Assembly (NCBI RefSeq): GCF_002113885.1 | Contig: NW_018408893.1 | Coordinates: 1 to 64,000, forward strand | Length of the DNA stretch: 64,000 bases | Direction of reading: 5' to 3' | Source of the DNA: Mizuhopecten yessoensis | Taxonomy: Eukaryota | Part shown: piece by piece, positions 1 through 12,850 of the stretch | Layout: each line of letters starts with the position of its first letter | Numbering within the stretch: position 1 is the stretch's first letter | Translations under genes and position numbers: made by a program | Notes under the pieces: model-generated | What the model saw: only the letters and a program-made list of their open reading frames with translations | The model's database searches: none | Told to the model about the DNA's origin: nothing

Positions 1-361
1 ATTTGTTTTGAACCTCATGCAGAACCTATGATGTGTGACGGGCGACTTTCACGATAACGGATCTTTGAGACAAATAAGACGGATAATATTACTTTTATAA
101 TTATAATGTATCGGCCAGTCTGTGACTGTCCGAGACAAGCATATTCGAGAATGTCAAATTCGAAGTGCACGACATTAACGAAAAATTAACAGATTGATTA
201 TCTAAATTAACATATAAGTAATTTAGAAATTAACATATAAGCGATTTAGAATAATTAAACAGTTACTAACAAAAAATATGTTGCCACGTTTATTACAGAG
301 TATAGGCGGTGAAATTGAAAAAGAATAATTAACTTTTTTGTCTGATTACTTTTGATTTCAG

Positions 362-437
362 ACAATGATGCAGTCTCCACAAATGGTAGCACAATCATTT
401 TACTGACACTGTGTTTTACCTGCAGTTTGACAAAAAG
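362..437 (+). CDS. Probable internal exon of an unidentified gene entering from the left
   Basis: Acceptor ctttttgatttcag|362 and donor AG|GTAAGT at 438. Open frame NDAVSTNGSTIILLTLCFTCSLTK is hydrophobic. A pyrimidine-rich acceptor ending at 2756 could supply a terminal exon (SICYGATYIHCI*, 2757-2793). No homology recognised. Confidence 0.35.
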
Positions 438-1689
438 GTAAGTGTTTAGTAACCTTTAAAGTTTATTTCGTTTAGCGGTAACATTTGAAAGCCAATTCCA
501 CCTATATTTAGGACGTCACAATTATGTTTTCAGTCAGAATTAATTACTTTTAACAACTATGGCAATTTAAGTACGAGTAAGGTTTAGGTGGTGGAGGAAC
601 ACCGGAGTACCCGGGGGAAGAGCACCGACCTGCACCTAATAATGAACGATTCATTTTTTGACATAATATATAAATGTTCTTTCCCGAGTTTACTGATTAT
701 GTATAGTATATTGCCACGTGGGGAAATGTCCAAAGATTAAACGGTTATAATTTTCCTCATTCATTTTAATTTTCATACCGATTTAGGATATCTACTCGTT
801 ATCTTAATATTTGCGTAAGGAAAGAAAAAAGGTTGCTGTACTTTTCTTTATACAGTTGTAGTTACTCCCTATATAAGACGTCGATACTTGTTTGTATGGT
901 GTTTAACGGGATCTCAACAGTCAAGAGCATACGAAGAAGGGATACAAAAAAAATCAAAAGAAAGATATAAGCTGATTTGAATGAAAGTTGTAAGTTTTGA
1001 AAAAAATGGCTTTTAAACTTAACTTATTGATAGCAATATGAATATGTTATAGCATGGTTAATCAACAATGATTAAAAAAAGATCTCAATGTCGGCCTGAT
1101 TGTTCGAAGTGATATGCTGGCTTTTCACTTTAATAATCCGTAGCAGAACTGATGAGTCTTAAATGGACAAAATAGCCATGTGTAAATATTTGTTTTGAAA
1201 GAAGCGGGTCATTACTTTGTTTTTTTTTTAGCTCATATGCTACTTGGAATGTTTTCATTCTTGAAAACTATGAAAACTTGGAATGTTTTCATTCTTGAAA
1301 ATTATGAAAAATACATCTTTTCATCATTCTCTTTTTATCATCCTCTTTTCAAAATTCTCAAGCACTGGTTGTTATCAGTAATTATATCGTGCATTTTAAA
1401 CATGTGTTTCCAGCACCGGAATTCATACCTGGGAACATAATTACAAATCTATTGTCATGCCGATAAACCCATGCATTGGACGCTTAAACGTAATTGGGAT
1501 TTGTGTGTTCGTCTTTCTTTCTCATTTCTGATGTCTGTTCGTGTTTTATTTTGTATCTCCTCGATTCCTATGGTTAATTTAACTTTGAGTTCGAATGTTT
1601 AATTGTGTTTGAATGTTTTAGATTTCAAGGTTTTTTTTGTAACAGCTAAGGAATATGGTAAGCCAGCTTTTCCAGTTATGCGATTTAAC

Positions 1690-1762
1690 CCGGGGACCCG
1701 CTCACTAACTCAGTAACGTCGAGCGAGCGGCAGTGATCAGTAGTTGGATGTGTGACAGCCCG
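1690..1762 (+). pseudogene. 5S rRNA-like degenerate fragment (pseudogene or SINE3 head)
   Basis: gatcagtagttggatgtgtgacagcc resembles the 5S internal control region GGTTAGTACTTGGATGGGAGACCGCC; the rest is poorly conserved. Confidence 0.3.
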
Positions 1763-1889
1763 CACGTTACACTTTGGTTGTTTATTGATGATGCAGAATA
1801 TGTCATACAATGGGTTAATTGACTGAAATGTCATGAATGATATGATCGCATTCAAATTTCAGGTTTGCGCTGAAGGGAATTGTCTTATA

Positions 1890-1980
1890 TCCTCCTCATT
1901 TGTAGAACGGTGTACTGAGAAGCTTGGGGTCGCTTGTTCGATCCCCAGTAGCTTGGGGTCGCTTGTTCGATCCCCAGTAG
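1890..1980 (+). pseudogene. tRNA-like / SINE head relic with duplicated B-box arm
   Basis: A-box-like cctcatttgtagaacg followed by two exact 29-bp copies of agcttggggtcgcttgttcgatccccagt (1921-1949, 1950-1978) carrying GTTCGATCCC. Confidence 0.45.
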
Positions 1981-2862
1981 AATCACACTTCTCTTTCTTG
2001 CAACAGGTTCTTATATGACCGATGTAGAGTAATAAACCAAATCCGAATTCGCCTTGTGCACGCGTGCGTGCTTGAGTCCGCGCGTGAATCCCAGTTTCTG
2101 GAGCATATCTCCGCTGGTGATTCGTGTATTTGGCATGGGCCACATACCGTGAAGGGGCAGTGTTGCCTACCAAAAGGTATGCCATTGCGAACTCTCTGGT
2201 CTTTTATCTCACACGTAGAAACCTTTTTGCTTGTACACTGTATTGACTTAAGATTTGGTGAGTAGGTAAATATCATATTTCGCGTTGTCAGTACAAAACG
2301 GGAACATCGCAATTTCTCTATTACCTTTACCTGAAGTATTGACATACATGTTTTCTGATTAATATTAACTCACTTAAAGACTCATAGAGAGAGATGCCAC
2401 TTCAGGGTAAATCAAGTTTTTATTGGAATTTCATTTTATTTATTTATTTATGCGCTTGTTTTAGTGTTCCTTGCCCAGTAATATTGTTTTTATTGTGTGG
2501 TTCTCTGCATCGACTTACTTCACTTTAAATAGACGTTTGTGTCCTTTGTTTTTGATATGGCTAATTCCTGATGTTTTTTCGTATATAGACTATGATTTCA
2601 TTTCTGTTCTTGTTTGTCTTGCCGTGCTAGATGTCTACTGTACTTTCTTCAGCGTAAACGGCAAATTAACACCCACAAAACTAAGTTTATTTGCTTTTTA
2701 AAGGTTGCCATACTATTTCAATACCATTAGTCAACTTTTCCCCCTTTCCCTTTCAGCATCTGTTATGGAGCGACATATATACATTGTATTTAAAAATGAT
2801 GTTATGCATATACACTAATTATTTGGGTTATTTTTAATTAGCGGGACTTTAGAGCTAAACCC

Positions 2863-2950
2863 ACAATGAGACTTACAGCTAAGCTCACAATGACACTTAC
2901 AGCTAAGCTCACAATGACACTTACAGCTAAGCTCACGATGACACTTACGG
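2863..2950. repeat. 24-bp tandem repeat, ~3.5 copies
   Basis: Unit atgacacttacagctaagctcaca; explains the MTLTAKLT repeat ORF. Confidence 0.85.
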
Positions 2951-3756
2951 CGAGATTTATAGATTTTGCGGTCGTAGTTTTCTCACACTCAGCCAAAAAC
3001 TATTTTTGTATCAAACAGCACAGCCTAGCGGGAAGAAATGATACTAAGGCAGGCTATCCAGTTTACGAAACTTACCCAGTGGTATGGCAAAACCTAGGGT
3101 TCAAGCCAGGAAGCATGTTTGAGTTTGTCTCTTCTTGCTCAACAATTATATATATATTGTTAGACAATTGAGATTGTAATCCTCTCTTCATGCTCAGCAA
3201 TTGTATGTGGACTGGAGATGGGGAATTCAAACGGGAGTCTCAACATTCTCTGTTATTCATACATGATTAAGTCATTAGGTGCAGAAATTGCAGTAAGGCT
3301 AATGGTGAGACTTACAGGGAAACATACAGCGAGATTCATAGTGAGAGAATCAGCGAGACGTACAGCTCAAAAGTGTGTTAAATAATTTGATGAACTAAAT
3401 ACGTAAAAGCAACTTCTTGACTTGGGATAATTTCAAACAGCATTTTTCAATAAAAAAGATTAAATATAATAAGTCAAGGTTAGGTAAAACATGATTTTTA
3501 AACTCGATGAATGTTTGTTCAATATCTCTTTCGCTCTGACTGTTGTCTTTTAGCATTGACTTTGAGTGCGGGTTTTATCCTTGTGAGTTGATGATGTGTT
3601 AAACTTTAGATTAGATTTGAAAGCATTGTTTGTCTTTTTCGATGGCATTCTCGTGTGTGTTAACGTTAAGCTTACCCTGCTTCTGTTTACATAGAACCAT
3701 GTCGTTGTGACTACGTTTACCAACGACTAATGATATGTGTTTTCTGATGAATATGC

Positions 3757-4360
3757 ACGATAAACTATATTTGTGATAAGAATACAATGAATTGTTTATG
3801 ATAAACTACATCGGTCATTAGAATACAATGACTATTCGTGATAAGCTACACACGTCATAAGAATACAATGAAATATCATGATAAACTACACATGTCATTA
3901 GAACACCATGAATTATCATGATAAACTACACATGTCATTAGAACACCATGAATTATCATGATAAACTACACATGTCATTAGAACACCATGAATTATCATG
4001 ATAAACTACACATGTCATTAGAACACCATGAATTATCATGATAAACTACACATGTCATTAGAACACCATGAATTATCATGATAAACTACACATGTCATTA
4101 GAACACCATGAATTATCATGATAAACTACACATGTCATTAGAACACCATGAATTATCATGATAAACTACACATGTCATTAGAACACCATGAATTATCATG
4201 ATAAACTACACATGTCATTAGAACACCATGAATTATCATGATAAACTACACATGTCATTAGAACACCATGAATTATCATGATAAACTACACATGTCATTA
4301 GAACACCATGAATTATCATGATAAACTACACATGTCATTATCATACAATGAATTATCATA
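3757..4360. repeat. 40-bp minisatellite, ~15 copies
   Basis: Unit ataaactacacatgtcattagaacaccatgaattatcatg, identical over 3881-4340 and degenerate at the left edge. Confidence 0.95.
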
Positions 4361-5646
4361 CTAAAACTTTATCTGTCCCTATGCTGTAGTGCTATTCTAT
4401 CAATGGTATTTTTTGGCACCAATATTAACCTACAAACATCAAGCACGACTTCTCAGAGAGTTATTTACAGCTAGGATAGCTTGTATTTTTATTCAGTATA
4501 TTTGAAGTCTTCATAATAGAAATAGGTAAACCTCTTGATAAAATTTCAGACTAATATATTGTTTTGATATAAAACCTTGATACCAATATTCACTGATATT
4601 CTATTTTAGTTACTGATCAATGTTGCCATATAAAACGTACTGATATTTCATCAGCGACTTGTTTTCTTATTAGAAATCCGTTATATTCGATATATATTGT
4701 TTGACACCCCACCCCCTGGTAATCACTATTATTACGTCTAAATGTTTTTTTTTAAAGAATGTTCACTGATAGGTAGTTAATTTGTATGGTTAAAACAGTT
4801 GATATTTTTTCTGATAATTTTGTTGATTTGTAATCACTGCTATTTCGTTTGTGACTTTAAATAGTATATTCACTGATTTCTTTCCGGTGATATTTTCATA
4901 CTAGTAGCAAGCGGTTTCAACGGCACAGATTACATAAATTTGGCTATAGATAATTTATTTTGATGCTAATAATCGTTTACGTTGCTCTTGTGGTTTTGTT
5001 GATTATTATTAATCACTGCTATTTTATGTGTGATGTTTTATGTTGTAATAACTAATTTTCTCCGTGATTTATTTCGATATTATAAATCACTGATATATCA
5101 CTCATCATGTATTATTTTGACAGTAGTATTCCACAATATTAAACTATGGATTTAGTTGTGCACTTGTATCTTTTCGAACTTATTTATAACTTTTCGTTCA
5201 AGTCAGTCGTTTTGTAAGGTAAATAGTGTACGTTTGTTATATATTAACATAAGCACATAAGTGATTTTTTGCAGTTTAAATGGCACAATTTATTCAAGTA
5301 TCGCTAATATGTATTGTACTTAATTGACTCAAACATCTATCTGTATATATGTATATTTTCTGTTGTTCTCCCGTGATTACCAGTTTGCCCAATTTCATTT
5401 ATTTGATATGTATTTTGTTAGCGGACACCGCTCAGACCTGTTTTATGTCCGCCTGCGTATTAGCATGTTTCCTGTCATTATTTTAAAATAATACATCTAT
5501 TGCGGTTTGTGGTAGCTGGGAGTGTTTATCGGCGCAATGTTATTTTTGCCATCTTTTATATAATGATTGAGCGTTATTTAACAAGCAGCTAGCATGTTGA
5601 CAGCTTTTTGAAAAATATTTTTATTTGATTCGATATGAATACTAAC

Positions 5647-6821
5647 TTGTTAGCCTACCATCAGATGATGGTGGGCTATTCAAATCGCCCTGCGTCCGTG
5701 GTCCGTCCGTGGTCCGTCCATCGTCCGTCCTTAAACATTGTGTAGGACAACTTTTGAGACTGATTGGATAAACAAAATGGCCGATAGGCAGTTATCTTGG
5801 ATTTTTAACAGTGAAGGTTTGTTATCGCTATTTCGCAGGAAGTATCAGACGGATTTATCAAATTATATATGTAGGTTTCCTCTGGTCTGTAGTTGTGCAT
5901 GTTTAATTTTGAGACTGATCGGATATAGAATATTGCCGACAGGCCACTATCTTGGATTTTGATAGTGAAGGTTTGTTATCACTATTTCTTAGAAAGTACT
6001 GGAGGGATATTTCCCAAATTTGTTATATAGGCTTTCCTAAGTCTGTAGTTAAGCATGTTGAACTTTGAGAATGATCAGATAAACAAAATGGCTGATAGGC
6101 CACCATCTTGGATTGTGACATTAAATGTTTGTCATCACTAGTACTATTTCTCAGGAAGTACTGGAGGGATCTTTCCCAAATTTGTTATGTAGGTTCCTTG
6201 GTATGAAGTTATGCAAATTTCTTATAAGACTGATCGGATAAACAAATCTTTGATTTTGACAGTTAGGGTTTGTTAGTGCTATTTCCCAGGAAGTACCGGA
6301 GGATTCTTTTTCAAATTCTTTATGCAGATTCCCTACCATCCTTTATTGTTCATGTGTACTTTTGAAACTGATTAGATGAACAAAATGGCCGACCGACAGC
6401 CATCTTCGAATTTTGACATTGAAGGATTGTTAGTACTATTTCTCAGGAATAACTTGAGGGATTTTTCTCAAATTTGATATGTAGGTACCCCTTGGTCACT
6501 CTTTGTGCATGTTATACTTTGAATCTGATCATAAAAACAAAATGGCTAAAGGAAGAACTGAACATGTCTTTCTCATATTGCAATGATCGAAAAATATTTC
6601 TTTCACATTAAGTACTGTACTAGAAAATATGTGAAATGACAAACTCACTTTGAAGGTTGTCTTTCATACACATCAGTATTAAGTTTAGATAAAATGTTAC
6701 CTCAATGTGCATTTACTGTTAACATGACTCGATCAAACAGATTAAAGAAAAGAAGAGAAAAGATCGAACTGACAAAGAACTAATGAAGATGGTAAAATGG
6801 TGGGCGCCAAGATCCCTCTTG
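5647..6821 (+). mobile_element. Non-autonomous Helentron-associated (HINE/DINE-like) element
   Basis: 5' inverted repeat tagcctaccatc/gatggtgggcta, then (gtcc)n microsatellite, internal degenerate tandem repeats (caaaatggccga...catcttggatt), 3' subterminal atggtgggcg plus hairpin caaga-tccc-tcttg. Confidence 0.7.
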
Positions 6822-7439
6822 TATAGCATAACAGGTCTGATCGAAAAAAACTGAACGAGTGCTAAAGGTGTTCTATAGTTTATTAAGAAATCATGAGTGT
6901 ATTTATAGATTGATTAGATATTCATTCATATATGTAGCATACATGTGTCACTTTTTGTTCATAACATGTCAACAAAAAGAACCTTCCATTTCTTTTCTCT
7001 TCTGTTTTACCTATTTTCTGTTCAGCAGTTTACCACTATGGCTACTCTCTCACTCATTCTGATGAAAACTCCTGTTGTGATTTTTTGTTACAGATAAGTG
7101 CAACGATTTATATATTAATTTGCCATATATGTCCATTTGATTAATGTTGCAGTTACCGTAAATGACATTTAATTGATTAAATTGTATGTAATACATCATA
7201 TTAAAATCGCCCATCGTAAGGTTAGTTAAAACCGATTACATCCCCTTGACGCTTGCATACTTTAAAATGATTAATTTTCATACAAATTATCGCTAACATT
7301 TCCCTGCTGACATATTTGATTCTTATAATCAGTAACATATCTCTGGTGATTGTTTGCAAATCAAAGGTCAAAAAGTGGATGGAGTTGGGAGAATTATCAT
7401 GTTCCTGGCTATCGAGATTTTCCAACAGAATTTAGGCTG

Positions 7440-8210
7440 TCTTCGGCCGCTCTGTTTTTTGTTTCTAGTGAGGCTGAATTTATTGATGAGCTTATCATGT
7501 TGGTAACAAAAGCATAGCCAAGTCCTTCAAGTTTGCATATATCGACGATGTGCTGTCTTTATATAACAGGAAATACATGGAACACATCGATATTATATAC
7601 CCTCCTGAGCTTGAAATCAACGAAACTACAGGCTAGTCTACTCCAGTCGCTTTCCTCGATCGTTACCTACAATATGAACAACAGTGACAGCTTACTTTTA
7701 ACCTGTTCAATAAGCGGGACGGTTTTCAATTTCTCTTTTTTAAAAGTCACATTCCTGCTTTCCCTTTCTTGATCGTGACATCCGCGATCTCCCTACCTAC
7801 GATGTTAACATGTCGCAGTTGAATCGGATATTCAAGAGCTTATACTGAATATCATTAGTTCCGTGATAGCTGTCGACTGCTGGGGTTCCCTAAGAGTTTT
7901 TGGTCATGATCATGCATATTATTTTTTTGTATGGTATGGAAGCCAATGGGTTGGATTATGATAATTAGTGTGCCTTTTGTACTGTTGTCAATACACGAGT
8001 TCTAGATATAAGGATTACTTTGATTTGACCTTTATTGACATGGTGCGTATCGTCAATGACGCAAAAGACGCTAGCCCTTCCGAAACATGTGGTGTTATTT
8101 TTTTCAAGGGTCCCAATTTGAATCTCTGTTCGGTCCTTTTTTGGCCTACTTTTATCGATTTGAAATCGAGTTATGGTTTTGTTGACACCTCGGTATATTG
8201 TGTTGTTTTT
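7440..8210 (+). mobile_element. Degenerate Penelope-like element RT fragment (Naiad-like) with 3' region
   Basis: A frame absent from the ORF track reads SFKFAYIDDVLSLYNRKYMEHIDIIYPPELEINETTG*STPVAFLDRYL...LFNKRDGF (YIDD at 7538-7549), with stops and frameshifts. The 3' part (8040-8210) recurs inverted at ~18330-18530. Confidence 0.75.
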
Positions 8211-11200
8211 CTAGATTATTTCTTTTTATCTCCTTATATATTTTGATATTAGTAAATACTGATATTTCCCGGGTGGTGTATTTTTGTACTTAATCCCTGA
8301 TATTGATCTGATGGCTTTAATTGTTTAACTGATTTTTCCCCGATCTAATGTGATCACAGCAATCCGCGATATCAGTTCATTAGTAATTTCTTTTTAAACT
8401 TAAAATCATTTTTATTTCATAGTTATTATGCGAGACATAGCATATTGTTGTATATAACTTTTCGCGGTTTTAATGGCAGAACGTGTAGATATTTTAATTA
8501 CAACAAAATGTGAATATTTTTCCTGTTTTCCTTTTTCCTTTGCTTCAATACTTCCATTGCTTCAATACAAATTGCAGTGTTCACGTCGACCGATAATATA
8601 GACCCATTAACGTCCGCCTGTTTGTCAGGATGGTTCAAATCATTCATCTTTTGCGGTTTGTGGCATATCGGCGCAATGCTATTTTTGCCAACTGAAGTAT
8701 AGTGATTGAGCGTTATTCATTAAAAAGGTTTTGGCATGTTTACCGCCATCCCCCCTTCTTTTGTTTTAAAAAATGCGGTTCGACATAACGACTGTGGACA
8801 GCTCTGACCGTGAAATAAGCATCAGTGAATATTTTTCGTTCAATGTATTGATAGATTGTTTAGATATTCTTCCATATATTTGGCATATATATGGCGGACA
8901 TGTATATTATGTATGCGTTGAATTACAGTAACACCAGCCACCTTTCTGTACTCTGATGAAAAGTCCTAGTAATATCGAATATTGTTGGTTTATTGTTTAT
9001 AGATATATTATTAAAATAGACCTATCCATACTTAATATAGGTGCATGTGTTTTCAATGTATGTTAATTTGCCATATATGTCCATTTGATCAGTGTCAGAA
9101 TCACTATTAATGTCATTTAAATGTTTAAATCGTTAACGTAATATATCATTTACAATCGCCTATCAAGGTATGGTAAACAAGTTTCACGGCCCTTGTATCT
9201 TGCATTGCCGTTAAAACAATTGATGTCAGATGACGCCTGTGTACTTTCAAAATGTATATTTTTACACCATGCTTGTTGACACATGGGGACATTTAAAAAT
9301 GTATATTGTTGAAGAAGTTGATGTTGGATGACGACGACCTTTAAAATGCATGTTGTTAAAACAATTGATATTTGCTTATAGCTTGGTACTTTTAGAATAT
9401 TCATTTTCAAAGCGATATTGGATAGCTGTGTGGTCTTATATCAATATTATCGGTATGTCTTTTTAAAGATTCACGAGAGGGATAATATAAAAATCAAGAG
9501 AATCTCATTCATATATGCATACTTTATGCATCCTTTGTGAAATGTCTGTCAGCGAAATAAAAAGGAAACTGGGGATAGCTTATAAGCTTGAAAAGAACAC
9601 AAAGAGAAAACAACGAATAAGCAATTAAATAATTAATCAAATCCAACAGAATTAATCTTATATGAGTATATACATGTAGCTCTAGCCATTTTGTGAAACG
9701 AATCGAGAGTTGTAATTTGTTCAGAAACACAGTCATTATATACGATGAATATGTATAGATATTAGACGAAATGTGTTACGATGCTATTCGTCATAACTGA
9801 AATCAACACGTTTATTGTTTATTTCGTTTCTCTAGATGATAAATGTATAAACGAGTGACAAAGCTTTACCGACAAATGACAAGCGAGCATAATGGATTGA
9901 GGCATCATCTTATGTTGACTTGAACTTATAAAACCTTTAACACATAAGTAATACCACACATACGTTTTTCTGATAGCTTGTTTGTTTGCAGACGAATACA
10001 CAATAATGGAGTTATGAGTCACTGTGTATTCACCTGACCTTACGATCCCTTAAATACAGGAGTAATACCACACACATGTTTTGTCTGTTAGCATCATGTT
10101 TTTGTGTGGACTAGTTCATGCACGAGTGTATACCTTACACATGGTTGCACGCGTTCATCTGTGCAATAGAAGACGTATACACTGTGGTATTGCGTTTACG
10201 ACAAAGCTAAAGTATCTCTTTTTATATACAGTTTGTTAATATATCTCTACAAAACGCTGCTCATTATTATTCGGTATAAATGTTTGATATATTTCCGACA
10301 AAATTGAACAGAATAACAACAAATGTATGTCGTCGCGAACGGAATGGTCAAGTACCAATGCGGTAATATAGATAGCTTTAAATATTCAGAGAGCAGTTTG
10401 GTTTCGATTCGTCTATTTGACCGGTGGATAAACTGATAAACTGCATTCCAGTCAAATTGAGTTATTGAGTTCAAGGTTATACGCTGTTCAATGTTTTGTG
10501 ATGGCACAGTGTTACTTTTTAATTTTAATTTTATTACCAGACCTGTTAATTGACCGTATCTAACAAACTCCCTATATATCCTTATAAATACAATCATGTG
10601 ATTGCTTAGTTACGTTCAAATAAAAGATTCAAACCACTCTAGTTCATCATGTTTATGTGCATGTCGATAGAAATGTCATCGAGTCTACATTTACAATATT
10701 AGGACACTCGAGGGATTATTTTCCAATTTGTCGATATTCTTGGAGAGCATGCATTTCAACAGACTACATTGTAAACGTATTTCCAATTTGGCTCAAATGT
10801 GCAACGACGACCTCATTTTTGTGTTCTCATAAAGCTGTATTAAATGCCAATTAAAGAATACAATTAGATATTTGTCAAATCTTTTAATTTTTAGTTCAGA
10901 TATACTGATGGTGCTTTGTGATTTTGTTCGAATAAAAATAATTTTGGTAGCTAGTTTGAATCTTGTTTGAAACAATTTGCTAGTTTCATACATACATATA
11001 AAATTGCCCTACATCATGGCTATAAAAATCCCACCACACAGTTATGCTATGTACCTTCAGTATGAGAATAATAGTCAATGCGTTGACAATAATGATATAA
11101 GCTCTAGTATATTTACCTACAGTATGCACAATAATGTACAACTTTCTACTTATTCTATGCCAAACGTGACGATCTTAATTTAGCAGGTGTTACACAAATT

Positions 11201-12850
11201 TAGGTTGATGAACAAAGCCTAATAACGCAAATATTAACTTTATTATATTACCATGTCATCCGTCGTAGGAGTCACGTGAATATGGCAATTTGTATTGAAG
11301 CATTAGAAGTATTGAAGCAATAGAAATGGGAAAACAGGAAATATATTTACATTTTGTTGTCATTAAACCTATGTCTGAAGGGTTCCAAGATACGGTATAA
11401 ATTATAACAAAAGGGGAAAGCTTCATCGAAAACCTTCATACCATTTAAAGTTAAGAACGCTTGTCTTTAACTGATAATGTAGTTCCAAACGAAAAAACAC
11501 AACGTTAAATCTGCCAGAATATATTCCAGCTTCAATTTTCAAAACAAGAGAATAAGGAAGTGTCAATTAAACCCTAATTCGAACTCAGAACCGATAGAAC
11601 TAGGACAAAACATGAACAAAGGAAAGATGAACATGGAAAACCTTAAAGTTACAGCAAAGTTTTGGGACTGATTATCCACCAGCAGAGCCAACGAAATTGT
11701 TCTTTGTTGAAACACCTAGTCGGTGCATAAAGTAAATATTTACTGCACCAATTATTTACTGCGTCAGCTATTCCGACCATTTAGAAGATATCAGAACAAT
11801 GAAAATTTGTGTCTTAAGTGTGATGGAATATATGTAGAACTACAGCAAAAGGGAAAGGTGTCTGGTAATGTAATAGAACCATTAGTTTTGGCTACGAGAG
11901 AAAAAAATGTTTAGAACGGGTTTGTTTAAATAAATTCCAGTTTCAGTTTTTGCATCGACTTTACATTCCATTTGTGTCCCTCTCTGTTGATGCGGTGTTA
12001 TTTATTTCATATATTAATTTTCATTCAACCTCAAGTGAGGCGATGATTCGTTAAGATTCTTATCATGACTAAACTTATTTACCGTTAGAAATGTCAACGT
12101 ATAGAGTAAGTATCCAACCATGACATGACTTTAAGATATTATAAAATGCTATTTTTCACAAGAAAGTCTTACCATTTTAATTTTTCATTGCTCCCTTTAA
12201 TTCGGTTAAAGGTTTTATATCTAAATACATGAACATATTTATAGGATATTGTACAGTTTTTCATTAGGTAAGTCACAGATGGAAAGTCGGGAATTATTAA
12301 GTAAAAATCCTTCATGAAGTTCGTATCTTGGCAATCAAAGGCTATGCACCTAAATTCACATGAAGACATCTCCTTAGAGCACTGCGATTTCCACTGACTG
12401 TGAGTGTCTAGCTATAACAAACTTGGCGTTGTCTATGTTCGCCTCTCAAACAATCTATTCAAAATAGGTAATGTTTATATTATTACTTTTTGCTTAAATA
12501 TAATAATTATTTGGCTCGGAAAATTTGACGTTCACAGAGGTATGATCAGCAGCTGGTGCTGTCACAAAATCCGATAGATTTGATAATAGTCAGTGAATAT
12601 TTGGTACACATTGGAAATCAATTTAGCCTTAACATGTCCAATGCAATATATGTCAATATAATTGTTAATGATGGTGTGTTTTCAGCTTACTTCCTCACCG
12701 TATATATAAATATAATATAACGCTTTATATTGTATATTAATATCATTGTAATTTGGAATACAAAAATACATTTCATAACAAATATAAGAAACAATGGATA
12801 AAACACGTGGATCCGTGGCTCTCGTTCATTTCATTGTGGATAGCATCACT

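Noticed and set aside
1890-1980. Functional tRNA gene
   Set aside because: No closable acceptor stem and the T-arm is tandemly duplicated; treated as a relic.
3881-4340. Regular 40-bp array resembling a CRISPR
   Set aside because: Units are identical head-to-tail with no unique spacers, there are no cas genes, and the context is eukaryotic; it is a minisatellite.
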